Below, piece after piece: positions 35,009-47,240 of a stretch of DNA of 64,000 nucleotides; within the stretch, counting starts at the first letter, position 1; every line of letters begins with the position of its first letter. The stretch covers positions 1 to 64,000 of the forward strand of contig QPMI01000444.1 of the NCBI GenBank assembly GCA_004431415.1. The letters run 5' to 3'. This DNA is from Cyanophora paradoxa CCMP329 (lineage: Eukaryota > Plantae > Glaucophyta). The notes under the pieces were generated by a model. It did not search any database and was not told the origin of the DNA. It was given only the letters and a program-made list of their open reading frames with translations. The translations under genes and the position numbers were made by a program.

Positions 35009-36951
35009 ATGACGTATGATCATGGACCGGGGCTGCTGCAGCTCAGCGACGAGCTGCTCGGGCTCGTCATCGAGGAGCTCGACAGCACCGGGGACCGGGC
35101 GGCACTCTACGCCACGTGCCGCCACCTGCGTCGGCCGGCGTGCCGCGACCTCCTCTTCAGGCGCGCGGTTGTCGGCTGGTCCCTTCCGAAGCTCGACCTC
35201 GTGGGCTGGGCCGGAGCGCTCCGCTCGCTCGTCCTGGACCACGCGCCCGAGGTGCGGCGTGGCCAGCGCCGGCGCCAGCGCCAGCCAGCCCGGCGCACGG
35301 CGCTCATCGCCGCACGCGCGCGCAGGACGACGGGTCCCTGTTCGAGGCCGCCGAGAAGGAAGCCCCGCGGCTGCGCGTCCTCGCCGTCCAGTTCAGCGGG
35401 CCCCCGGTCCGCCCCCGCCCCGCCCCCGCCCGCGCCCGCGCCGAACCCGCCCGCCCGCCCGCGCGCAGCTGGACGCGCCGCTGCTGAGCATGGCGCGGCT
35501 CGCGCCGCGCCTCGCGTCGCTGGCGGTCACCGTCGCCGGCTACCCGAGCTCGCGGCACCGCGTGGCGGCCGACGCCCTCGCCGCCCGCTGCCGCGGCTGC
35601 GTCCGCCTCACCCTGGGCGTCCCCGTCTCCTCCGCGGGCCTGCGCGCCCTGGCGGCCGGGGCGCCGCTGCCGCTAGAGCGGCTGCGGCTCGCGGGGCCGC
35701 AGGCGAGCGAGGAGGAGTCGGCGCTGGCGGCGCTGCTCGCCGCCGCCCCGCGCCTCGTCTCCCTCTCCCTTGCCGACGCCAGCGGCTCCGTGCAGCCGGC
35801 GCACCCCTGGATCCGCCTCCTCCCCCCGGCCTCGCCGCCCGCCCTCGCCCACGCCTCCCTCTTCGCCCTCTCGTCGGCGGCCGTGGCCGGCCTGCTCGCC
35901 GCGTACGGGCCCTCCCTCACGGACCTGCACCTCAACCCGCACGCCGCATGGCGCCCGCCGCGCTGCACCCTGCCCCGCCGCTTCCTCGGCGCCCGCTCCG
36001 CCACCGACCCCGCCCTCAACGGCGACGACGTCGTCGTATCCCTCGTGTGCTTCCCCCCCCCGCCTCCCCCCCCCCGCCCCATCCCCGCCGCCTTCCCCCG
36101 TCTCACGCACCCCCGCGCAGTGCGAGGCGGCGCCGCGGCTGCGGTCGCTGGTGCTGCAGGCGCCCGGGGCGGGGCGCGGGGCGCTGGGGCGGCTGGCGGG
36201 GCGCCTGGGCCCGTCCCTGCGGTTCGCCTGCCTCGAGGGCCCCGAGCTCGACGACGCCTTCGCGGCCGCCCTCGCCGCCTCCTGCCCCTCCCTCACCGCC
36301 CTCTCCCTCCGCCGGTGCCGCCCCCTCCCGCCCCCCCCCCCCCCCCCCTCCCCCGCCGCCCCACCCCGTCCTCCCTCACGCCCGCCGCGCAGCTGCCGGC
36401 TCCTCACCGCCGCCGGACTCGCCGCGCTCGCCCCTCTGCCCCACCTTCAGGAGGTCCGTACCCGCGCCGCTCGGCCCGTGTACCCCGCCCCTCACCTCCC
36501 GCGCCGCAGCTCGCGCTGCACGGGTACACGGACTTCTGCGCGGCGGCGCTGCCGGCGTTCGCGGCGCTGCGGCGGGCGGTCTTCGTGGCGACGATCTTCG
36601 CGGACCGGGAGCCGGGCCTGTACCTCGCGCTGGCCCGCGCCGCCCCGCGCCTGGAGGCCATCGCGGTGGACGGCGCCTCGCTGCGGGTTCTGCTGGCGCT
36701 GCCGGCGGCCGCCCCGCTGGCCCCGCTGCTCGCCGAGTTCGGGGGGCCGGCCTTCCCCCGCTCCTGCCCCGCCTGCTTCGCCGCCGCCGTCGCCGTCGAG
36801 GCCGAGGACGCCGCCTGCGGTCCGCCCCCGCCCCGCCCCGCCCGCCCCGCCCCGCCCCGCCCCGCCCTCGCCCGCCTTCGAGCTCGGAAGCTGATCGGGG
36901 GCCGCGCCGCCGCCGGCAGACGCCGCCCTCGAGCTCGCCGGCCCGCCGTGA
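35009..36951 (+). CDS. Multi-exon F-box / RNI-like LRR protein
   Basis: GLLQLSDELLGLVIEEL..DRAALYATCRHLR; repeats APRLASLAV, APRLVSLSL, GPSLTDLHL, CPSLTALSL..LLTAAGLAAL; TGA about 36949-36951. Confidence 0.8.
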
Positions 36952-37738
36952 TCGACCCCATGCCGAATCGTCATGCACACGCTACTCGAGCTGCAGTGTG
37001 AAGGCATCTTCCTCTTGCTCTCGATCTCGCAGCTCCAGGCGCATGCACACGCAAGCTCCAGGTTCGCGGCCAGCGCAAGGCCTCGCCCGAACTTCGTTCG
37101 CTCTCCCTCGCGATCGTGCTCTAAGCCCTCGTCGCTCGCAGGCGCCGGCGCGTTCTCGGCTCAGCAAAGGCCCCCAAATTAAAAACCCTCCCACGCGTAC
37201 GGCGGGCGAGCCCTCAAATTAGAATACGCCACTTTAAAGCGGACCCCGCCCAGACCCCGCGCTTGTAAAGTCGGACGTGGATTTTCGATAATATTGAATG
37301 AATGAAGTCATATAACAACACACTCGATCTTATTCTACACTCCTACAACTACGCGTACGCACTATATACCTGCCTAATGTGCGGGAGCACATGTACAGTT
37401 GCAATAACAATATGATCGAAGCACAGATCGATCGAATTCGAGTATAGTACGATCGCGAGACGCCGCGAAAAAATGGGCGGTATGATACAGGATGTCAGTG
37501 ACATTGATGAAAGTTTGCGGAAACGATACGTGAGAACAGCATCACGTAAAGCTAACACCCTCACTTACAAGTTACAAAGAGAGAATATGGAACTGACCCA
37601 AAAAAGGATGCGTCAACGGGCGCACCCGCCCCTGCCCGACTGAGAGCAAAGATGAAGGCTAGGACTAAGAGGAAACGAAGACTTGAAGTTGAGAGGTCCG
37701 GCCCGACGTCTCAACGGCTCGCCGTGCCGCCGAGCCGC

Positions 37739-40700
37739 TTAGTGGGCGCCGGAGCCGGCCCCGAAGGGGTGGCCGTGGTGGTCGCCGGCCGTGTTGCCGC
37801 GGAAGGTCACCTGGCCGCTGCCGTTGTCCTTGAGGCCGTTGGCGGCGGCCTTGCTCCGGTGGTACTCGATGGCCTGGGCGCGCAGGGCCTCGGCGCCGGC
37901 GTGGCCGACGTTGGCGCAGAGCTTGTAGAAGGAGGACTCCGGGTTGTTGAGGAGCGTCACCGGGTTGTCGAACTCGGCAACCTTGCCGGCGTCCATGACC
38001 AGGATCTTGTCCGACGTGATAATCGTGTCGAGGCGGTGGGCGATCGTGAGCACCGTCGAGTCCACGAACTCGCCTGCGGGGAGCCGGCGGCGTAAGAAAC
38101 AAACGAGGCGGCCCGAGACTTCACAAATTTATTCAGAGGTGGCGCACGCTGGATGGCGGCCTGGATCTTGGCGTCGGTCTCGAGGTCCATGGCGGCGGTG
38201 GCCTCGTCGAGGCAGAGGATGCGGGCCTTCTTGAGGATGGCGCGGGCGAGGCAGAAGAGCTGCTTCTGGCCCAGCGAGAAGTTGGCGCCGCCCTCCTCCA
38301 CCGGCGTGTCCAGCTTGAGCGGGAGCTGGTCGATCGCGTCCTTCAGGTACGACTTCTCCAGCGCGACCCAGAGCTGGTCGTTGTTCTCCTGGAAGGGGTC
38401 CAGGTTCGAGCGGATCGTCCCCTTGAACATGACTGGCGCGCGGGAAATCAGATAACGAGCGCTGAATTCGAAATTGAATGCAGAGATCTAGAGGGCGGAC
38501 CGGGCTCCTGGGGCAGGATGCCGAAGCGGGCGCGGACGTCATGGAGGCCGTACTGAGAGACGTTCTGGCCGTCGACGATGATCGCCCCCGAGTCGCACTC
38601 GTAGAGGCGGAAGAGGGCGAGCAGCGAGGTCGACTTGCCGGCCCCCGTGCGCCCGACGATCCCGACCTTCTCGCCGTGCATCACCTTGAACGAGACGCCG
38701 CGCATCGCCGGGTCCAGCTCCTTCGCGTAGCGCTGCGCGGAGGCGGTTAGCTCAACTGACGCAGTTTAAGATTCAACGTAGAGCGCTGGCGCACCATGAC
38801 GGCGTCCTTGAACTCGATCTCGCCCTTGGCGGGCCACGACTCGGCGGGGCGGCAGTTGGGGAGCACGAGGGGCGCCTCCTCGGGGATGTTGTCGGTGTAG
38901 TACTTGACGCGCTCGACGGCGCCGAGCATGGACTCGATGTCGGCCGTGCCGCGCACGAAGGCGGTGAAGAAGAGAAGCATCTGGAAGGCGTTGGAGACGG
39001 CGAAGCCGAAGTTGCCGGCGGTGAAACCCGTCGAGGCGGGGTCGAAGGCGACGGCGAAGGCGGCGACGGAGAAGACGAGGAGCGAGCCCATCCAGTCGAG
39101 GCGGTGGGAGGCCCAGAGCTGGCACATCTCCAGGTTGAAGACGGCCTTGTGGTTGCGGTCGATGCGCTTGATGTTCTCCGCCTTAAACTGGTCCTGCACG
39201 CGGAAGCCGCGGATGACAGCGATGCCGGTGAGGGTCTCGGCCAGGTGGGCGTAGATGGGGCCGGCTGTGTTGCCGGAGATGCCCTTGAGCACGCGGGTCG
39301 TCTTGAGGTAGTACTTGTTAATCAGGATGAAGCCGACGACGAGAATGAACGACACTGCGCGAGGAGACGCCGTCAGAAACGAAATTAATATTGTGGGCGA
39401 TTCGAGCTATAGCTAAATTAAACGCACCGATGGCGAAGTAGTAGAGGACGCCCGTGACGAAGAAGAGGGTGACGACGAGGATGAACATGTAGATGGTGGA
39501 GAGCATGAAGGCGTCCGGCAGCGACTCGTCGATGATGTCCATGTCCTTCGAGACGCAGGCGAGCAGGCGCCCGAGCGGCGTCTTGTTGAAAAACTCCATC
39601 GGGGCGCGCAGCACCTGCACTCTTGAATCAGACCCAAACGAGAGAGAGAGAGAGATAGAGAGAGGCGGCGGACCTTGCGGAACATGTTGTTGTGGAGGCG
39701 GGTGGCGGCGGAGAGGGCGATGCGGAAGAACCAAACGCCGCGGAGGAACATGAGGAGCCAGAAGACGACGAGGAAGATGGCGTAGACGATCATGAAGATC
39801 TCGCGCGAGATGTTGTTGTAGTTCAAGTCGTAGTTCTTGTCGAGCGGGATGCGGTTCTTCGGGTTGCCCGAGTCGGCGGCCGTCCAGATGGTGAGCCAGT
39901 AGTCGCCGGCCGTGCGGCAGACTTGCGCGAGGGTGAACCAGGTGATCGAGAGCGCGAACTTGCCGGTGCCCATCGCCTGGATCCAGAGGCCGAACGCCTG
40001 GAAGAAGTTGAGGCGGCCGCTCGACGTGTCCTCCTTTACGATCTTGCCAGCCGCGCCGACAGTCTTCTTCCCGGGGACGTGGTCCTTGGGGCGCGCCACG
40101 CGCTTCACCTCCACCTCCTTCTTCTGCTCGCCGCCGCCGTGCGCCGCCCGCACCTGCGACGCGGAAGCCAGCTCAGCGCACGCTCCAAATCGGGATATAT
40201 CGAGCGGGGCCGGGCGCTGACCTTCTCCTGGCCCTCAGCCCACTGGGGGAAGTGGTTGGCGACGACCTCGTACTTGTACGGGCCGTAGTAGTCCATGCCG
40301 CCCTCCTTCATGATGCCGACGTCTGCAGAGCAAGAAGATTAATTACAGCGTAAACGACAAAGAAGGCTGAAGCGAAGTGATCGACGCACAGTCGCACTGC
40401 TCGAGGAGCTCGAGCTGATGGGTGACGAGGATGACGGTCTTGCCCGAGGCGACGAGGATGTCCTTGATGCAGTAGTCGAAGATGTGCTTGCAGGTGTGCT
40501 GGTCGACGGCCGAGAGCGGGTTGTCGAGGAGCATCACGTCGTGGTCCGAGTAGACGGCGCGCGCGAGGGCGATGCGCTGGCGCTGCCCGCCCGACAGGTT
40601 GATGCCGCGCTCGCCAATCTCCGTCTCGTCACCGTCGCCGAGAATCTCCATGTCGCGCTCCAGGGCGCAGGCGTAGACGACGTGGCGGTACTTGTAGTCG

Positions 40701-43140
40701 TCGAAGGGCTTGCCGAAGAGGATGTTGGAGCGGACGGTGCCGAACTGGATCCAGGGCGCCTGCGGCACGTACGCGAGGGTGCCGCCGACGGAGAGCGAGC
40801 CCGAGAGGGTCTTGGTCTCGCCGAGGACGGCGTTGAGGAGGGTGGACTTGCCGCAGCCGACGGGGCCGACGAGGCCGAGCAGCTTGCCGCGGGGCAGGTC
40901 CATCGAGATGTTGCGGATGATGGGCTCGGGCGAGCCGAACGAGAAGGCGGCGTTGTTCATGGTGATGCCGACCGTCCCGCGGTCCTTGAGCGACTCGACC
41001 TCCGGGCGCTTCAGGAAGGCTCCGATGCGGTCAAGGGCCTGCCCGCGTCGAAATCGGTAAATCGAAACGACTTCGATTGGAAAGCAAATTCCAAGAGAGG
41101 GACGCACAGCGAGGGACTCGGACAGGCCCTTGATGGCCTTGGGCAGGAAGGACATGGGCAGGCGGAGCGTGTTCTGAGAGCAGGCCAAGCTCAGCGAAGG
41201 CTCAAGCAATATAAATAAAACAGAATAAAGGTCGACGCACGAAGAGGGTGAGCATGGTGAAGACGTACTCGCCGTTGAACTTGGTGCCCTGCTCCGAGAA
41301 GATCCAGGTGGCGAAGACGACGACGGCGATGGTCGGCGGCGTCCCGAACACGGAGAGGATGTTGATCGACTTGATGGTGCCGTTCGCCTTCATCAGCTTC
41401 AGCTCGCGCTGGCGGATCTCGGCCACGACTGCGCGCCAAAGCAATCAGACCGAGCGCTTAGATAAACAAAGAATCGCAGAGAGATATATAGAAGTGCGCA
41501 CGGTCGCCGAACTGCTTCTCCCAGGCGTACATCTTGATGGTCTTGATGGACTGCAGGGCCTCGTTCACAACCTGGACGCGCTGGTCCGTCGTCGCGATGT
41601 TCAGCGACCGGTTCTTCACGACCTGCGAGGAGACGGCGGGTTAATTATATGGCGCGACGATAAGAAATTAAAAGCAGAGTGCATTGCGAGGGCGGACCTT
41701 GGCGCCGATGCCGAACTGGATGATGAAGAGGAGCGCGAGGACGCCGATGGAGGGGAGCGCCTTGGCGCCGATCATCGTGCACATGCAGACGACGATGGCG
41801 ATGGCCTCCGCGGGGCCCGCCCACAGGTAGTGGAAGTACGTGCAGCCGTCTGCGTGCGCAGTTCGGTGAGCTTAAATCCGAGAGCTGTCGGACCCCCTTA
41901 AATAGAGGAGGGCGGACCCATGAGGCGGGCGCAGTCGTTGGAGATGAGAGAGACGATGTCTCCGACCTCCGAGCCGACGTTGGGGATGCGCAGCGACTTG
42001 CGGTACACTGCGCGCGCGCCGCTCAGCTGGGGCGCGGCGGGCGGGGCTCGAGTGGGGGCCGGGGCGGGGCGGGGCGGGGCGGGGCGGGGCGGGGGCGGAC
42101 CCATGGTCATGAGCGAGGCTCGGACTTTGATGCCGACTTGGAGTGATTTGGCGGCCATCTGCTGCAGGCAGCAGCAGAGCATGAAGCACGTCACGAAGAA
42201 GAAGATAGCCAGCGGCCAGCCGGTCTGCGGGGCGCGCTCGCGCAGTCAGCACCGTGGGCCTCATGATCGAGCCGGCCGGGGGCGCACGGAGGGGCCGGGC
42301 TTGTCGATGAGCTTCTCGTCGGCGCGGTCGCGCACGTACACGAAGAGAAAGCGAACGAAGTAGAAGGCCGCCAGGATGACGAGGGTGGCCCACGCGCCCT
42401 TCCAGCACCCCGCCACTGCCATCTCCCGCCCGAACGACTTCTTCAGAGCCTTCAGCAGCGACGGGCTGCGCGCGCGGTGCCGGGCCGGGGTCAGTCCCGC
42501 GGCGCAAACGCCGAGAGGGGGCGACGCACTCGGAGCTCTTCGAGCACTCCTCGTTCCAGTTGCGCTCGAACTTGGCAAAGTTCTTCGACGCGCGGTCCGC
42601 ATCGTTCAGCTGCGGGCGGCGGGCGCGGCGCGCATGTCAGCCGACGCGTACGCGGACGGGCGCGCCCCGCCCCGCAGCCAGCCTAGGCCCCGGCGCCGGC
42701 GCCCCGCGTCCCCGCACCTCCAGATTGTCCTCGCTGAGCTGGCCTGCGCACGCGGCGGTTGGCGGGCGCAAGGGGCAATGATCGGCCCCGGCCGCGCGGG
42801 GCGGGGCGGGGCGCACCCGAGGCGCCCTTGGCGAGGATCGGCGAGGCCCAGCGGAACGTGAGCTTCGAGAGGAAGTTCGCCTTCTCGAACTTGGACTTCT
42901 TCCCGTCGTGCTCGCCCGCATCGACGTTCACGTCGTTCAGGTTCTGCGCGTGCGCGGCGCTCAGCACGCGTACGCGTACGCGTACGGGTGCGCATGCGCA
43001 AGTCCCGGCGCGGGCGCCTATGATTGCGTCCGAGGGGCGGGGGTGCGCATGCTGCGGAGCGCGCGCACCACGATGACGGGGCGATCAGCGGGCTTGACGG
43101 CCTGCGGGCCGGCAAAGGGAGCATGGCCACCGCGGCCCAT
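37739..43140 (-). CDS. Multi-exon ABCC (MRP-type) full ABC transporter, short form without TMD0
   Basis: Lasso motif [21 protein letters not shown]; TMD1 [10 protein letters not shown]; NBD1 [37 protein letters not shown]; TMD2 [16 protein letters not shown]; NBD2 [34 protein letters not shown]; TAA at 37739. Confidence 0.96.
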
Positions 43141-43753
43141 GTTCGTCGCCGGGTGCTGCTGGCGACGAAGTCTGCTAAGGCTGTGCTTCGGTGCTGCGTC
43201 CGGGCCTGGCGGCTGGGCGGCGGGCGCTGCTATCCGAATGACGAAGGCCGTCGGCAAGGACCGAGGTCAAGCCGGGGCCGATGATAGGTCCCGTGTAAAA
43301 GGAAATACTTGGGCCGGCTTGCGATCAAGTATGATCGCAGCCAAGTATGAGCGGCGCTTCATGAGCATTTGAGGCGCGTGTTCCTGGTCGGAGGATTCGC
43401 GGAGGTTGCAGGTTGCAATGCGATCCATCATGCTATAATCAATTGCTTTCAATTGCTTCAATTGCTCTGGGCTATAATTCAAACCTCCGCATTCTTTTTT
43501 ACTCGTAATAATAACCCTCCGCATTTATAAACTGCCCATACTTACCACATGATCCGGCCAACCATGCGCGGCGGTGATAGCCGGCAGTGATAGGGCGCTT
43601 CGGACTTAGCGCGCGCGCCGCCAGCCCCTAACACACCCGAACAGGAGGCGGAGAGGCACCGGAGGGGCGCAGCAGTTCGCACCGCAGCCCCGCAGAGAGA
43701 GCGCGCGAGCAGCCGCAGAGCAGCGTACGCAGCTAGTAGCGAAAGCGATTGCG

Positions 43754-46626
43754 ATGGCGCCCCCTCCTCCCAGCAACGAGCCCATCGATGTCCTCATCGT
43801 CGGCGGCGGCATCTCGTGCGCGCCGCCCGTTCCTAGCCCGCATACGTTGTCCCTAGTGGCACTAGATCCCACGTTCCGTGCGCGGGCGCGGCGTCGCCGG
43901 CGCGGCTGGCGCGCGCCGCTGTGCTGCCGGTTGGCGCCGCGGCACATGCACACATAATGTGTTGCGCGCCGCGACCGAGTTCCGCTCGCGTACGTCATCG
44001 CCGCTAGCCGGGTCGGGTGCTAGTTTGGTCGGGGCCGGGCGCCCCCGTGTACACGCTTCTGCCCGAGCCGCGGCCGCGCCGTGCTGACCTCCGCGCGACG
44101 CGCCGGCGCGCAGGGGACTGTGCATGGCCCTCACGCTCCTGGACCAGGGCGTCAAGAACGTGCGTGTCATCGAGAAGAACCTCGGCATTGCCGAGTTCAA
44201 GAAGGTACCCCCGGCCCGGCCCGGACCCGGCACGCAAGGCCCTGCATGCGGCCGGCTGACTTGGGCACTCGCAGCGCATCGAGCTCCACCCCCGTACGGT
44301 TCGCCAGGCCCAGAGATGCGCGCCGCCCCCGCCCGCGCTGATCGAGGCGCGCAGCTCGAGATCTTCGAGCGCCTGAATGTGCTCGACAACCTCGTCCGCC
44401 GCGGCACGAAGCATGAGGAGGTGCGCCGGAGGCGCTCTGCCCGCGTGTCGCTGGCCCCGCCGCTGACGCGGGCGCGCGGCGCAGGTGCAAGTGTTCGTGT
44501 CGGGCGACTGCGCGTGCCGCATGAAGCTGGCCGACCTGCCCGGCGCATTCCACCACTACATCCTCGGCGTCGGGTGCGCTCGCCGCGCCAGGCGCCCGCC
44601 TTGACCCGCGGCCGCTGAACGCTTGCGCCGCGCGCACAGGAAATGGGACATCGAGGGCATCCTGACGGCGCGGCTCGGCGAGCTGGGCATCCAGGTCGAG
44701 CACGGCGTCTCGCTCGTCGACTTCGATCACTCCGTCGCCGGTGCGCACGCGCGGCGCGGAGGGCGCGCAGCAGCTGTGCACGTCCGCTAGCGCTGACGCC
44801 GGGGCGCGGGGCGGGCAGGCCAGGTGACGTCGCGGATCCAGACGATGAACGGGGCGACGGAGACGATCGTGTCGCGCTTCCTGATCGGCGCGGACGGCGT
44901 GCACTCGCCGGTGCGCGACAAGCTCGGGTTCCGCTTCGAGGGCAAGTCGGAGGAGGCGGAGGAGCTGCTCACCTGCAAGGCCCGCCTCGTGCTCAACGAC
45001 TCGCACGTCGACCTCTTCAACAACGTCCACGTCTGCATCGACCAGGGCCACCTCATGATCGTGCGCGCCTTCGCAGTGGGGTCTGGCGAAGCTTCGCGCT
45101 GAGCCCCGCGGCAGATCTCGAAGATCAACGAGGAGCACTACAGCATCCTGGTGTCGAAGCCGGCGACGGCCGGCGAGGTCGAGGAGGGCTACGCCAAGCA
45201 GCGCCAGGCCACCGTCCAGGAGGTGCGGGGCCCTTCCAGACCCAGGCGCCGGCGCCGGGCCGCCGCCCTGAGCTCGAGCCCCGCGCGCGCGCAGGTGGAG
45301 CACGAGATCGCGATCCACCCGCACACCGCCGGCATCCGCGTCATAGACCCCGTCTACATCGGCCGCTACCGCTCCCGGCCCCGCCTCGCTGAGCGCTACG
45401 CCTCCGACAACCTCCGGTGCCCTCGCCCCGCGCCCTCCCGGCCGCGGGGCCCTCGTTAACGCTCCGGGCCGCGCCCCCGCAGCTGCTTCCTGATCGGCGA
45501 CGCGGCGCACAACCCGTCGCCCATCGGTGGCCAAGGCACCGACACCGGCGTGCAGGACGGTGCGCGCGGGCCCGGCCCGGCCTGCCCCCCTCCCCTTCCC
45601 CCTCTCCTGCCCCCCTCCCCTACCCCCTCTTACCCTTCTGCGCAGCTTACAACCTGGCGTGGAAGCTCGCGCTGGTGCTGAAGCGGGACCCCCGCCTGTA
45701 CAGCGATAAGGCGCGGGCGCTGCTCTCGTCGTACGAGGCGGAGCGCCGCTCGACCGCCCTGCGCATCGTCTCCACCTCGAAGCACCTCTTCGACCAGTTC
45801 GCCAACGCCCCCACGCGCGGCCCGAGCGCCCACGGCCCGTCCCGGGCGCCCTCCGTCAACAGCCGGAACCCCTTCATGCGCTTCGTGCGCATGTTCGCCC
45901 CCTCCATGATCGGCGACCAGGAGGTCGGCCGCCGCGCCCTCGAGTCCTTCAACCCCGGTACCCCGCCCCCCTCTTGTCCTCCCGACACCCCTGACCCCGC
46001 CCCCCTCCCCCAGGCATGTTCCTGTCGTACACGAACTCGCCGCTGACGCTGGAGTCCTCCGGGGAGTTCCAGGGGGGGCCGGTCCCCGGCGCGCACTGCC
46101 CGGACGTCTTCTACAACAGCCGCTTCCACCTGCAGAAGCTCCTCGTCGACGTCAAGGGCCACATCCTCCTCTACTTCATGTCCCGCAACGAGGCGCAGCG
46201 CGAGCTCTCCCAGCTCTACACCGGCATCGCCTCGACGCTCGCCACGCGCCTCCCCAAGGACGCGGCCCGCGTCGCCTTCGTCACGGGCGTGCGGCCCCAG
46301 TTCAGCGACGGCCGCCTCCTCGTCCTCGGTGCGCATGCGCCCTCGTATCGTCGGGTCGCCCTTTTATCGTCTTTTATCGCCCTGGCTCGTGATCACCGCG
46401 TGTTCGGCGCAGTGGACCCGCTGCACGACGTGTACAACGCCTTCGGCCTCGAGAACGACAACAACGTCAACGCCGTGCGCCCCTACCCCCTACCCCCCGC
46501 TTCTTCCTTCCCCCCCCCCACGCCCCCCAGATCTACATCGTGCGGCCGGACGGGTACATCATGTACCGCTCGACGCCGGCGAACGTCGAGGAGGCGATCC
46601 ACGTCCTCGAGTCCAACATCCCGTAA
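43754..46626 (+). CDS. Multi-exon group A FAD-dependent monooxygenase (PheA/TfdB / aromatic hydroxylase family) with C-terminal thioredoxin-like domain
   Basis: [108 protein letters not shown]; TAA at 46626. Confidence 0.92.
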
Positions 46627-47240
46627 ACCCGCGGCGTGTCGAGCTTTCTCCGCCCCGGGCCCCCCGCCGGCGCCGGCACGCGGGGCGGGCGGCATCGATC
46701 GCGGCGCAGCAACTCAGTAGTGTACATTTCGAGCGTCTTCTTCGTCTTCGTGTTCGAAATCGATCCTCGAGCTTCCTCTAGCTACCTGCACCCTGTTATC
46801 CCTAGCGTTAGCTTATCATTTCGATCCGGCTTCGGTTGCGGGGGCCGCCGCCCCACCGGGCCCCTCGCATTTCGAATTCCTTTCTTGCGACTGTATTTGA
46901 TGTGTAGTCCGGGGTTCTGGGGCCGCTTCGGGGCGTACGCGTTGTGTGTGTATTTGTACGATGGCCATCCACCACTTTTTGTTCTATCGATATCAGTCGT
47001 ATTTAACATAGATACAAGGATCCTACGTGCTGTTGAATGCGTCACTGGGAACTGGCAACGGAGGTTCTAGACTGTCCAAACTACGACTCACGAAATTAAA
47101 GCGCACGCTTACTAAAGGATACATTGCACGCGATTCGGGGGCGGGCTCACATACGAGGAAGGAAACTACTCGTTTGCAGTCTCAAAGGATTTCGAAAGAA
47201 GTACTCGCGATCGGGCCCGGGGGTTCGGGGCCAGGCCCCT

